A stretch of 42,946 bases of DNA from a virus, in the UHGV virus genome UHGV-1445076. One strand, written 5' to 3'. The position numbers and the translations under genes are program-made. Below the pieces are notes generated by a model. It worked only from the letters and a program-made list of their open reading frames with translations. It had not been told where the DNA came from and did not search any database. The stretch's first letter is position 1, and each line of letters opens with the position of its first letter. Of this stretch, positions 8,901 through 17,555 are shown piece after piece.

Positions 8901-11679
8901 CATATTGGCTCCAATCCTCTTCAGCTGCGACCTTATCAATAGCGGCTTTTATCTTAATCGGGTCGTTTTTGTATTTATCACGCAAGTCCCCGAACACTTT
9001 CTCGTACTCTTTCTCCAACGCAGCCCCGGCTTTCTCTACAGAATTGTAGGTGTCCACAATGTCTACCATCCCCTCCACTCCGTCCAGCCATCCTGGAGTT
9101 GCATAAATATTTCCTCCTAAATGCACATTCATTTGCTGCAAGGCTGCTGCCATTCGCCGCATATAATCAAGGTTCGATTCGCCGGCTTTCTGCCCTGCCC
9201 TTATCTCGTCAAAATATTTCTTTGTGGCTGCCGTTGCCTTGTCATAATTGGCATTCACTATAGCAACGGCTGTTTCTATTTTGGACGATTGTGAAAGAAA
9301 GTCAAGAACAGCGTTTTTGTAATCTTCACGGTCATCGTCAATTCCATCAAAGACCAATTTGCTGTTACTCTCGGCATAGTTCCGCCTGATTATCTCCAGT
9401 TCATCAACGAAATCCTTATATTTCTTCTCTACACTGTCAAACGTCTTGTTTAAATCCTCATCTTTTACCTCCTCCACGTTTATCTTTAATACCAGACCGT
9501 CTTTCGCCGCGCTGTCAATGAGCCTTTGCAGGGCAATCCTACGTTTGTCAATGTTTTTCTGCAAATCCTTTGTGTCAGCGGTTGTTGCCGTATCCGCGAG
9601 GTCATTATAAGCACTTGATATTTTCCTTATTTCTTCTCTTGTCTTTATGGTATCTTCCTGCGCCTCCTTGACTTTTTTATTATAATCGCTCCATTTACCT
9701 ATTGCGGTTGTTATCAATTCGATGGCAGCAAAAATTCCGAGTCCGACAAGAGATGTTTTTGCGATTGTCCCAAAAGATTTTACAGCATTTCCCATGCTGG
9801 TGAAAGCGTTGACAAACAAGGCTTTGTAACGCGCGAGACCTTTTGTGTCTGCTTGTGTAAAAGCGATTCCCAACGTCGAGTTCAGGAACATTGAACGTGC
9901 TTTGATTGTAAGAAGTATGGCTGCAAGTGCCTTGCCGACGTCCACAAGTTCCTCCCAATGTTCAAGCAATGCCGTCGCTCCATCTATCGCACTCTTCAAG
10001 AGACCTTCGTTTGCCTTGCCTATGGAATTTAACATGACATCAAGAGAGTCCTGGAAATTGCTTATCTTGCCCTGCAAGGTTTCAGCCTGTATCTCCTGCA
10101 TGTTGAAGAAGATGCCTCCGTCACTTGTCATTCTCTCAAAGACAGCTTCCACGTCTTGGAACGTCACCATGCGCTTGCTTATCATGTCAACAATTTGCGC
10201 TGTGGTATATGCCTCACCTTTGACCTCCTGAAAATAACGTTGCAGTTCCCCGTACATATTCACACCTGCCTCCGTGAACTGGCGTACTTCCGAACCGCGC
10301 AGATATGCGGCAGCCTTTACCTGTCCGTAAGCAAGAATAAGTCTCTGCATATCCACGCCAAGACCTGCAGAGACATCAGCAAGGCGTTTGGTGGTATCAA
10401 ACAGTTTGTCTGATTCTATACGGTAGGCGGCAAGCTGCCGTGTATACTGAACCAAGTCCTTTATGCGAAAAGGCGATTTAACGGCAAGTTCAACCGTCTT
10501 GGCAAAAATTTCGTCAGCCTGTGTCTTGTTTTGCAGTATCGCTTCAAGTGAGCGTTGTGACATCTCGAACTCCCCACGTACCGTAGCGACATTTGCAATA
10601 TATCCACGTATCTGCGACACTGAGAACAGGAGCGCAAACGACCGTGACAGCTGCCCGGTTATATCGAACAGACGACGATGCTCGTTCACAAGGTTTTTGC
10701 TTCCCGCTATAGCCTCGTTGTTTGCGGCATTCAACTGCTTGATACGGTCATTAAGGGTACGAAGCTTGGATGCATACTCACTGTCTGTGGCAGACAGTGC
10801 TGCGCGAGCCTCCTGCAAGTATTTAATGGCTTGGGTACGTCGGTTTATCGTATTTGCGTCCTCAGCAAAACTTAACGCTCCCGCATATGTGGTATTACGG
10901 GCATAGTTCTGTTGCTGGTATATTTTAGATTGGGCTTTTGCCGCTTTTTCCTCCGACCTGGCTCTCTTCTCGGCTTCTTTTGCCGCAGCAGCAGACGACC
11001 GTTCCATATCGCGGTAATATTCTGACATTTTCCTCAAAATGTCAGACTGTCGCATGTCCGCGAGCGTCTGCCCTTTCATGTCATTTACGTTGGCTGAACT
11101 CCTCCGTAGCTGTTTATAGGCAGCGTCAAGAGCAGTGATTTGTCGCATAAGCGCATCAGCAGTCTTGGATGCTTCATTAAGTCCCTTTTGCCCAAATTCG
11201 ACATTGTCCTTTTTACCTGTAGATATATACTTCCAATACAGCTCCAGCTCTACGCGGGTATCTTTTAATTTTTTCCATAGAGCATCTAATGTAACACTGA
11301 TGTTCTTCAGTCCGGGATCGCCTTGTCTGTCTCTTGTAGCAGATGTGAGCCTCTCTATGTTTTCCGCTGCTCTCACTATACTTGTGTTCAGCTTCTCCGC
11401 CTGCGTTGCCGCATTTCCGAATTTCGCCCCGCTCATGGCATTAAATGCCGCAGAGGCGTTGACCGACGATTTCTCCACTTCCTTCAGCTTTTGTATGACA
11501 GCGTCAAGCACCGAGGAAAAACGGGTTGTCCCATTTACCATTTTACCAAAAGACCTTCCGGAAATATCACCGGTATCATAAATCCTCTTTTGTAATTTTG
11601 CCAACCTTTCATCAGCATCTTTAAATGAGTCAAGTACGCTTTCAGGTATTACAAGTGCGCTTCCAATTTCTCCGCTCAT
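5932..11679 (-). CDS. tail tape measure protein (1915 aa)
   Basis: Single 5.7-kb ATG ORF just downstream of the chaperone pair; very long, largely alpha-helical coiled-coil-like composition with Gly-rich hydrophobic segments. Confidence 0.75.
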   Translation of the reverse strand: MSGEIGSALVIPESVLDSFKDADERLAKLQKRIYDTGDISGRSFGKMVNGTTRFSSVLDAVIQKLKEVEKSSVNASAAFNAMSGAKFGNAATQAEKLNTSIVRAAENIERLTSATRDRQGDPGLKNISVTLDALWKKLKDTRVELELYWKYISTGKKDNVEFGQKGLNEASKTADALMRQITALDAAYKQLRRSSANVNDMKGQTLADMRQSDILRKMSEYYRDMERSSAAAAKEAEKRARSEEKAAKAQSKIYQQQNYARNTTYAGALSFAEDANTINRRTQAIKYLQEARAALSATDSEYASKLRTLNDRIKQLNAANNEAIAGSKNLVNEHRRLFDITGQLSRSFALLFSVSQIRGYIANVATVRGEFEMSQRSLEAILQNKTQADEIFAKTVELAVKSPFRIKDLVQYTRQLAAYRIESDKLFDTTKRLADVSAGLGVDMQRLILAYGQVKAAAYLRGSEVRQFTEAGVNMYGELQRYFQEVKGEAYTTAQIVDMISKRMVTFQDVEAVFERMTSDGGIFFNMQEIQAETLQGKISNFQDSLDVMLNSIGKANEGLLKSAIDGATALLEHWEELVDVGKALAAILLTIKARSMFLNSTLGIAFTQADTKGLARYKALFVNAFTSMGNAVKSFGTIAKTSLVGLGIFAAIELITTAIGKWSDYNKKVKEAQEDTIKTREEIRKISSAYNDLADTATTADTKDLQKNIDKRRIALQRLIDSAAKDGLVLKINVEEVKDEDLNKTFDSVEKKYKDFVDELEIIRRNYAESNSKLVFDGIDDDREDYKNAVLDFLSQSSKIETAVAIVNANYDKATAATKKYFDEIRAGQKAGESNLDYMRRMAAALQQMNVHLGGNIYATPGWLDGVEGMVDIVDTYNSVEKAGAALEKEYEKVFGDLRDKYKNDPIKIKAAIDKVAAEEDWSQYDRELAYRHFGINVKINKDTMEQEVSWVDDYLSNFFAKKKYGVSLVVKEVTDGKALSEFLKKGDDAAKAAKNWQELERRISAVGKNVKQIKVDDSIRKLFKAGDIRLSGETIDVSTLKDVIAEYKKAATETSESLGVDPFSKENAKSAKSAAKQQRDILQEQISLLKEMMEVYEKLTPMISDENAAKRVLEEYRDDLQYVKMDKSIIDSFVPTKEGMIKALNQLLPTITDFKKKAEVMKLISKYEIEIDSDELKKQLDGAEKEADRIFSNLDLFRKLKEQGLDDGAIQRMFGNLTISFEDARKQLDSLYADKQGGDWTKQKEEQFDKLTKKINDFNLAQTQDILKDYGKQLDERLKLDLWYINERAKIENKELKFTPEQREEYIQALDRQKAEKAANLEWEQFKNTETYIEMFNNLDNVSSHMLERMREKLEALKSSLKGLSPEQLKAIQEQINKIDDEILERNPLKDFGKNLNQFSNASKSIKELEKTYDVEKQKLEELEDKLDEAAEHVNKLNEAYAKLSDSDKRGDAGTKLNNEINDAKRQYDEINKKVNKQEKNVANVTKELNKWQRILKTLGGQFEYIGLWFGAISSGVTEISANLENVFGTMSDGIRDTIESISDIAGGLGQTASGIGQLVAPGGLLNPSAWVSTIGGITKTIGSLFNIGDKKKERQIKRLTEQVESLQHAYENLEQEQSDAWSITELDKYTEKLKDNLEMQNANLRAMIAAEEDKKKKDKDRIKEWREQIEENEKAIKKAQDTLQEEIGGFGSKANYKSAAQAFADAWVDAFNEGSDTLVALESQLDEVFDNLLKKQVSYRVADNIINSLLKPLDDALVNYDGSSSSLQSLRQSLEKIREESPETLKAFDEAMKSIADTLGFEFGAGADSESSLSALQQGIQGITEQTAEALEALLNSIRFFVAKQTEDIAAIRALMSGSQSIDMSSTDNPMVTILREQAGYLRSMLSIMTDMWNQAFAAGHPKGGRGLKVFM

Positions 11680-11703
11680 AAATATGTCTCTTTTTATTGA
11701 TTA

Positions 11704-11907
11704 TCAAATTATTGGGAAACCGAGGTCACTAAGGTTTTTCAGGTCATCAGCACTCTCGATGTTTATAGTATGCTGGCTGCTGTCGCCTTTGTCCATATAT
11801 TCCACATGAGAGAAATCAAGAGATGCAAGCCGTATCTGCGGTACAGTCATACTCCATAAATATTCTTCACGCGAACACCACGGGTTGGCACGTAGGAAAT
11901 CAATCAT
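11704..11907 (-). CDS. tail assembly chaperone, downstream (T-like) ORF
   Basis: 67-aa ORF between the chaperone and tape measure genes; its ATG overlaps the upstream stop (plus-strand TCAT 11904-11907) and sits in the -1 frame. Confidence 0.4.
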   Translation of the reverse strand: MIDFLRANPWCSREEYLWSMTVPQIRLASLDFSHVEYMDKGDSSQHTINIESADDLKNLSDLGFPII

Positions 11908-12419
11908 TTGCCCCCATTCCGTGCGTGACGGGATGATTCTTGTTCCTCCTCCGTCATCTTTCTTCCGAGCGTCGTCTCTCTCAACGTCTGAACCGCATTG
12001 GTATTCGCGAAGAAAAAATCCACTTCCATAAGCTTTATAATCTCGAAAAGCAATTCAGCCCAATCCCTTTGCCTGTAATCTCCCCAAAGAAGCGTGTCGT
12101 AGACCTTATTGTATTCGTCGCTGTTGATTCTATCCTTATCGTTGAGCAGTGCTATTGTGAGTATACGCGCGACCGACGGGATATTTCCTGCCATTTCCTT
12201 TATCACGTCACCCATTGACATCTTTTCTTTCTTAACAATCTTGCACGCTTCCTCTGCTATCAGCCACTGAGCACCGGGTTTCAGCGCATGTATCTCCCAT
12301 TCCGTACCATGGAGCTTTTTCACCGTAGGACTGTCGTTCATCAGCCGCACAAGAGCCTCCATGGCTTCATCTGAGAGCGGTGTCTGAGGCGTGACCTTAC
12401 CTTTTCTGTCGTTTTTCAT
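11904..12419 (-). CDS. tail assembly chaperone (G-like) ORF
   Basis: 171-aa acidic ORF between the major tail and tape measure genes; a G5 run lies 6 nt before its stop. Confidence 0.45.
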   Translation of the reverse strand: MKNDRKGKVTPQTPLSDEAMEALVRLMNDSPTVKKLHGTEWEIHALKPGAQWLIAEEACKIVKKEKMSMGDVIKEMAGNIPSVARILTIALLNDKDRINSDEYNKVYDTLLWGDYRQRDWAELLFEIIKLMEVDFFFANTNAVQTLRETTLGRKMTEEEQESSRHARNGGK

Positions 12420-12516
12420 ATAGTTGTGATTTTATCGAAAAGGGCGGCGGTAATGTCTGCCGCCGCCCCTGCCAAATAATAATTGTTATCCCTGAAAACC
12501 AATCAAACCGCTCCTG

Positions 12517-13119
12517 TTATCCACCGACACCTGCCGTCGGCAGAGTATAGTCCATATCAATGTACATCGGAGAGCTTACAGTCTTGCTCCCTGTGATTGT
12601 CATTTCTGTAGACTGTGCTGTTCCGGCAAGGGTGAATCCAGCCATGCTCGTACTAAGAGACTCAAGAATCAGTCTGGTATTGAGTTGCAGTTTCGGAACG
12701 ACATATGCGACATACTTCTGCTCTCCTTCAGCGTCCGTTCCTGCGTCAAGCACGACTGCGACTTCCGCAAACCTTTCCGTGTATGAAGCCGGTGCATAAG
12801 CTTTCTCCTCATCAACCGTGAAGCCACACATATCCTTTACGAGGTCTTTCTGAATATCCTCAATAGTGGATGTGAACTGCCATGCGCCAAGTGTCACATT
12901 CTGCATGATAGCCTCGTCAGAGACTTCGTTCTCAATGGCGTTGGTCGTGTTCTCGTCCTGCGTCAGCGATGTGCTGTCACGCAATACATGTTCGAACTGG
13001 TATGTAGTTTCACTTTTTTCATATGTTCCACTACTGCCTTTAGTCAACAGAGTAGCGAAAATGAATTTAGGCTTTGCCACCTTTACAGATGTAGCTCCTG
13101 TTTTCTTTACTGTTGCCAT
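12517..13119 (-). CDS. putative major tail (tube) protein (200 aa)
   Basis: Position immediately upstream of the chaperone pair and tape measure; Thr/Ser-rich beta-type composition. Confidence 0.5.
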   Translation of the reverse strand: MATVKKTGATSVKVAKPKFIFATLLTKGSSGTYEKSETTYQFEHVLRDSTSLTQDENTTNAIENEVSDEAIMQNVTLGAWQFTSTIEDIQKDLVKDMCGFTVDEEKAYAPASYTERFAEVAVVLDAGTDAEGEQKYVAYVVPKLQLNTRLILESLSTSMAGFTLAGTAQSTEMTITGSKTVSSPMYIDMDYTLPTAGVGG

Positions 13120-13158
13120 GATATTATTTCCTTTCTTTAATTTTGTGTTGTTATCCTG

Positions 13159-13554
13159 TTATCTTATTAATACGCTCACGTTCACAATGTTATAGTGGAA
13201 GTTGCGGTCGTTGTCATAGCCCGAGTCACGCCAGTTCTCGCTTATCACATAACTGTTGTCCTGTGCTTCTTTTATGGTCATGTTCAAGGCTTCCTCCATA
13301 CTGTCAAGCATGGCGACATTCTTCACCGGTCCCGTGCCTTTCGGGCGTGCGTAAAGGAATATGGATGCAGAACCGGAAGCATGCGAGTCGTAATCTGTAT
13401 GCCTGTTAACATCTACGAGAACCATATTCTGCCAGCTTCTTCCCGTAGTAGGCGGCAAGTCGCCAACAAATATGTGGTCAGATATTCCTTTGCCTGTAAG
13501 CAGCATGGAAAAGAAATTCTCTATGCGCGAAATTCTTTTTGCCTTTTCATCCAT
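13159..13554 (-). CDS. putative tail completion or terminator protein
   Basis: 131-aa ATG ORF between connector-sized genes and the major tail gene; call is by position only. Confidence 0.3.
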   Translation of the reverse strand: MDEKAKRISRIENFFSMLLTGKGISDHIFVGDLPPTTGRSWQNMVLVDVNRHTDYDSHASGSASIFLYARPKGTGPVKNVAMLDSMEEALNMTIKEAQDNSYVISENWRDSGYDNDRNFHYNIVNVSVLIR

Positions 13555-13996
13555 TTCCTGTTATCGTCTTTACAGTTCCGTTGTATTTTTGAGCTATGTC
13601 TCTCAATATGTCGTACGACATTGATATGACCTTATATTTATGCCTCAGTCCCTTGCCGCTTTCCAATACGGATGCGTAAGGCATCGCTGCCGCAATGACA
13701 AGCTCGATATTCTGTGACGGCATATAACCGGATGTCAGGAATTCAAGTATCTCTTCGCGCCCCCGGACATTTTCTCCATACCATTCGCGAGGGTCTGAAG
13801 CTTTTTGCGTACCGAGAAAGCCGTAGCGTTGCAGTTTGCCACTCATATAGACCCCGTAGCCATAGCTATCGTAGAGGTTATATGAGCGGTGTGTGTAGTC
13901 ACGCTGTTCCACACATTGTCGGAGTATACGGACACCTTCATTCGCCAACTGCGATATCAATTGTTCTGTAGCCTGTTGTTTCAGAGTCTTTGCCAT
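13547..13996 (-). CDS. putative head-tail adaptor protein
   Basis: Track ORF 13547..14065 starts at GTG and overlaps the upstream gene by 59 nt; first ATG without overlap is at 13996. Call is by position only. Confidence 0.3.
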   Translation of the reverse strand: MAKTLKQQATEQLISQLANEGVRILRQCVEQRDYTHRSYNLYDSYGYGVYMSGKLQRYGFLGTQKASDPREWYGENVRGREEILEFLTSGYMPSQNIELVIAAAMPYASVLESGKGLRHKYKVISMSYDILRDIAQKYNGTVKTITGNG

Positions 13997-14006
13997 ACCT
14001 CGCGTG

Positions 14007-14375
14007 TCATACGTCAGAGCCTGTGATATAAGCCGTGCATCCTCCCATCTGAGTCGGATATACACCTGTCACCATACCGTCGATAGCCATTCCGTACATT
14101 TCTGACCGGAAATAAATTCCAGGCTTTAATGCCGGAGGCAGTCCGTCATCTGCTTTAAAAGGGAAGTAAACCGTGTATTCTTTCTTGATTACATCAGTGG
14201 CAAACGCCTTGCGTGTTTCCTGTATGTCACACATTGTTTCAAGTATCACGGTCTCTTCCTCATTCTGGTTACCGTCTATGAGGTCACCGTCCGGACTCTT
14301 GTAGTCGTCTATGCGGTAGAATGTTCCTTTGTATTCGAATTCTATATGAGAATTACGGTCTGTGAACATCAGCAC
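14007..14375 (-). CDS. putative head-tail connector protein
   Basis: 122-aa ORF in a connector cluster downstream of the capsid genes; by position only. Confidence 0.3.
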   Translation of the reverse strand: MLMFTDRNSHIEFEYKGTFYRIDDYKSPDGDLIDGNQNEEETVILETMCDIQETRKAFATDVIKKEYTVYFPFKADDGLPPALKPGIYFRSEMYGMAIDGMVTGVYPTQMGGCTAYITGSDV

Positions 14376-14752
14376 TCCTCCTCATTTATCCATTCCATAT
14401 AACCGAGTTGTGACTCGACTTCTTCAAGGGTGTCGCTATCTCCATGTTTCTTGCACAAAAACCTGAGACGGGACAAAATACGGTCAATTGCATTTGAATC
14501 AAGCTGTTCCGCTCCTACGGTCTTTGTCCACGCACCGTGCTGATTTGTCGAGCTTGCTGTCATGTACGGTCCGAGAATGACAGACTTCAACAGAAGTATC
14601 TCACATGCCTCTTTTCTGTCTTTTGTGAAATCTATCGGGTTTGTTATATTCAAGACACCACACTCGCGCGCGATACGCACAAGCAGAGCCTTGTCAAAGA
14701 CAAATCTCGTAAGACCGCTGAGCTCCTCGATTATATTGAATTTGCAATCCAT
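14369..14752 (-). CDS. putative head-tail connector protein
   Basis: 127-aa ORF immediately downstream of the putative capsid gene; by position only. Confidence 0.3.
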   Translation of the reverse strand: MDCKFNIIEELSGLTRFVFDKALLVRIARECGVLNITNPIDFTKDRKEACEILLLKSVILGPYMTASSTNQHGAWTKTVGAEQLDSNAIDRILSRLRFLCKKHGDSDTLEEVESQLGYMEWINEEEC

Positions 14753-14778
14753 AAGCGTATTGTTGGCACGACACGGCG

Positions 14779-15957
14779 TTAATCCGTGTCGGCTGTTGAT
14801 GTGTCTACAATCAGATGGTCAGGGAACTCGATGAGAGCCGGACAAGCTGACATCATCAGGTCTGTATGCCATTCCTGATATTGTCCATTGTTAAGTGTCG
14901 TATTCACAAGGGTAGCCAACCCGTTGTTTGTCTGGGCAAACACCTTGGTTATAGCCTTGGAGCCATATTTCTCGAACATTATCTGGTCAAGATTTTCAGT
15001 GTACTCAAACTCGACAGCGTCTCCGGCTGGACGAAGCACCGCCACGTTCTCTTTCCATCCATGGATGAAAGTGTCTGATGTGTGAGTTTTGTTACGCTCT
15101 TTCTCAGTAACGACCTCAATAGGCGAAACACCCTGATAGTCAATCACAGCCTGCCGGAAAGCGACTTCTGTGAACGACTGCCCTTCTGTAGTAGCCTGAT
15201 AAGCCAGCGGATTCTTTTTGTAGTCTGCGATAAGTTCCTTAACCTGTGCATTTTCGAGAATAACCTCGAAGTACATCTTATGCGGTACCTGCCAAACGAG
15301 CGCACCGGTATAGTTGCGCTTCTCACGGTATGCGTCCTCTATGTTCTTCATTTGCTCAAGCAGCTTACAGTCAGCCGCAGTCCATATTTTCTCACCCGCC
15401 TTGACAAAATTCTCCGCAGGGATGTCTGCCTTATGTAACGGAGCTTTAATGCCACGTCCGATAGTACTGTAATCTATCTTTCCTGTGGTCATAAGTTGCG
15501 CGGTCATATAATTCATAGTGGCATCAGCAGAATCTTTCTGCATCTGTACTTCATGTACCCACTGTGCTACGATGTCTGCATCGTTACCGAACAGTTCAAA
15601 CTGACGGATGCGGTACTCACGTTCCATGGCAGTCTCCACAAAACCTGGGGCGATGAAATCGGGAATGGTCGCGCTGTAGAAACTCAGACCTTCCTTATCC
15701 ATCTGGTTGCTGTCACCAAGCGGAGCACGCATGTCCATAAGCGGAGCGGCTTCCGCCTTACGTGCTTTGACCGTGAACGTGGCTACACCACTGTTATCAG
15801 TAGGCGTCGGTGCATAGGCTCGTCGTCCCTGCGTCAGATACCAACCATAATTTGTATAAAGGATACCTTCCGTATCAATGAATGTCTGCAAGAAACGCCT
15901 GTTACTCTTGTCGGAAAAGAATTTGGCGTATCTTGAACTATTAAAGTCATATTTCAT
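14779..15957 (-). CDS. putative major capsid protein (392 aa)
   Basis: ATG ORF preceded by AGGAGG (plus CCTCCT 15966-15971); size and position after the scaffold-like gene. Fold not verified. Confidence 0.5.
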   Translation of the reverse strand: MKYDFNSSRYAKFFSDKSNRRFLQTFIDTEGILYTNYGWYLTQGRRAYAPTPTDNSGVATFTVKARKAEAAPLMDMRAPLGDSNQMDKEGLSFYSATIPDFIAPGFVETAMEREYRIRQFELFGNDADIVAQWVHEVQMQKDSADATMNYMTAQLMTTGKIDYSTIGRGIKAPLHKADIPAENFVKAGEKIWTAADCKLLEQMKNIEDAYREKRNYTGALVWQVPHKMYFEVILENAQVKELIADYKKNPLAYQATTEGQSFTEVAFRQAVIDYQGVSPIEVVTEKERNKTHTSDTFIHGWKENVAVLRPAGDAVEFEYTENLDQIMFEKYGSKAITKVFAQTNNGLATLVNTTLNNGQYQEWHTDLMMSACPALIEFPDHLIVDTSTADTD

Positions 15958-15978
15958 CGTATTGTCCTCCTCTTGTTT

Positions 15979-16731
15979 TTACAGGTTAAACCATCCTTCT
16001 ACCCGACTACGGTTAAGTGACTTGATTGTGTCGGGCAGAGGTGACATCTTGTTGATGTAAAGTTTGGTGTCCTCGTTTGCGATGCAGGGGGTCATCATGT
16101 AGCGCGCTCCCTCGAAATCATCATCGCCTGATGCCGGGTCAAATATGAAATCAAAATCACACGGTGCATATGCATTGGGATTGGTGACCATCGCCTTTTG
16201 CGATGCGCCCGCAGCAGCAGCCTCCACAAGCACCTGACCTTCTGTCAAAGTACCGACAGCAGCACTGACAGTAAGTTTCCATACATCAGCTCCACCTTCC
16301 GTCGTCTTTTCAACAGCAGTGACTGTCACACCGGTTCCCGTACCATCTATGGATGAAGGCGCAACCATGATGTTGTCACCAACGAATGGAATGTGATGAT
16401 ACCCGTCACGAACGAGATAAACGGTAGTTCCAGTGCCTGAAGAGTCTTCTTTTGCGACTTCATAAGTTTTCAAAACTTTCAATGTCGCTCCCTTATCATC
16501 GACTATGCCGGGATTATACTCAATCAGGTCACCGGCATATATCTTAGCGTTACCCTTGAACGGATTTTTCAATATTCCACCTACCGTGGGGAATATCAAG
16601 CCGTCCTTTCCGCTACCCTGCCATTTTACGAAAACATGACGATGCCCGCCTATGCTTCCATGCGCCTGAATCAATGTGCGTCCCAAAAACACGCCACTGT
16701 TCTGCAAAATCTGCGAATAGAAATTTTCCAT
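15979..16731 (-). CDS. capsid-associated protein, possible decoration or accessory head protein (250 aa)
   Basis: ATG ORF between scaffold-like and capsid genes; Gly/Thr-rich beta-type composition. Confidence 0.3.
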   Translation of the reverse strand: MENFYSQILQNSGVFLGRTLIQAHGSIGGHRHVFVKWQGSGKDGLIFPTVGGILKNPFKGNAKIYAGDLIEYNPGIVDDKGATLKVLKTYEVAKEDSSGTGTTVYLVRDGYHHIPFVGDNIMVAPSSIDGTGTGVTVTAVEKTTEGGADVWKLTVSAAVGTLTEGQVLVEAAAAGASQKAMVTNPNAYAPCDFDFIFDPASGDDDFEGARYMMTPCIANEDTKLYINKMSPLPDTIKSLNRSRVEGWFNL

Positions 16732-16760
16732 TGTTTCCTTGTAGTTTTTTTTGTTAAATA

Positions 16761-17408
16761 TTACATCCGTCTTTCACTTTTGAGAATGTCAACCACATCG
16801 GCAAACTCATCTTTCGGATCTGTCGCGCCGCCTCCGGCTCGTCGCGGTGTTCCACTGGTGTCAACGTGCGATTTCGACTTATTGTAAAGCGTGAGAGCAT
16901 CGTTTGTCTCAGCTTCGGTGTCTGTATCAGCGTTGACGTTGAGTTTCTTTAGATATGAGGCTGCCCAATCCTCATCCTCAATGCCCTTTTCCTTGAACAT
17001 GGACAACAATTCCGCACGTTTCTCCTTGGCGACCTTCTCAGCCTTGTCTTTCTCACGCTCAGCCTTCAGTTCCTTAATTTCTTGCAGAAGCGTGTCGAGC
17101 CGGTCGTCTTGCTTGTCATCGCGTTTGTCATCGCGTTTGTCATCTTGTTTTGTGTCGGGATGTTCCTTTTTCCAAGTGTTCACGAAATCGGAATTATCCT
17201 TGCGGACGTTGCCGTCAATCTCTTCGAAATCAGGAAGATACTCTTTGACAACATCATCAAGTTCGGTTTCGTCATCACTTTTCTCCAGCCTTTTGTAGAG
17301 CCTTTCCACATTGGCTTTCAGTGTCCTCTCGCTCATCGCAAGTTTTTTGCCGTTGGGCGTGAGTTTAGCTTTCAGTGCTTCTGTTAGCTGTTCGCTCGTA
17401 AACTTCAT
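16761..17408 (-). CDS. putative scaffolding protein (215 aa)
   Basis: Highly charged, helical, coiled-coil-like protein with a KRDDKRDDKQDD repeat; first gene of the leftward structural operon, next to the capsid genes. Confidence 0.5.
   Translation of the reverse strand: MKFTSEQLTEALKAKLTPNGKKLAMSERTLKANVERLYKRLEKSDDETELDDVVKEYLPDFEEIDGNVRKDNSDFVNTWKKEHPDTKQDDKRDDKRDDKQDDRLDTLLQEIKELKAEREKDKAEKVAKEKRAELLSMFKEKGIEDEDWAASYLKKLNVNADTDTEAETNDALTLYNKSKSHVDTSGTPRRAGGGATDPKDEFADVVDILKSERRM
17114..17144. repeat. 12-bp tandem repeat (2.5 copies) inside the scaffold gene
   Basis: TGTCATCGCGTT at 17114-17125 and 17126-17137, with a partial third copy; encodes the KRDDKRDD repeat on the minus strand. 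Confidence 0.5.
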
Positions 17409-17486
17409 ATATATAGTGTTTTAATGTTAACTCATGATGCAAATTTATGATTGTTAGTCGTTTAGATGAAATCATTAAAGCTTATA

Positions 17487-17504
17487 ATTGGACATATGTC
17501 CAAT
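17487..17504. promoter_or_regulatory. perfect 18-bp palindrome in the divergent scaffold/terminase intergenic region; candidate operator
   Basis: ATTGGACATATGTCCAAT equals its own reverse complement; located in the 147-bp AT-rich gap between the two divergent operons. Confidence 0.4.
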
Positions 17505-17555
17505 ATTGTTGAAAATCAAAGCATTATCTAAATAGACATAAAGTATATTTGCAAT

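Noticed and set aside
6116-11595. Numerous 60-190-aa ORFs on the + strand opposite the tape measure gene (e.g. 6902..7483, 8065..8556, 10463..10906)
   Set aside because: They lie entirely antisense to a continuous 5.7-kb coding frame and have low-complexity Ser/Leu/Phe-rich translations typical of antisense reading of a Glu/Lys/Ala-rich gene.
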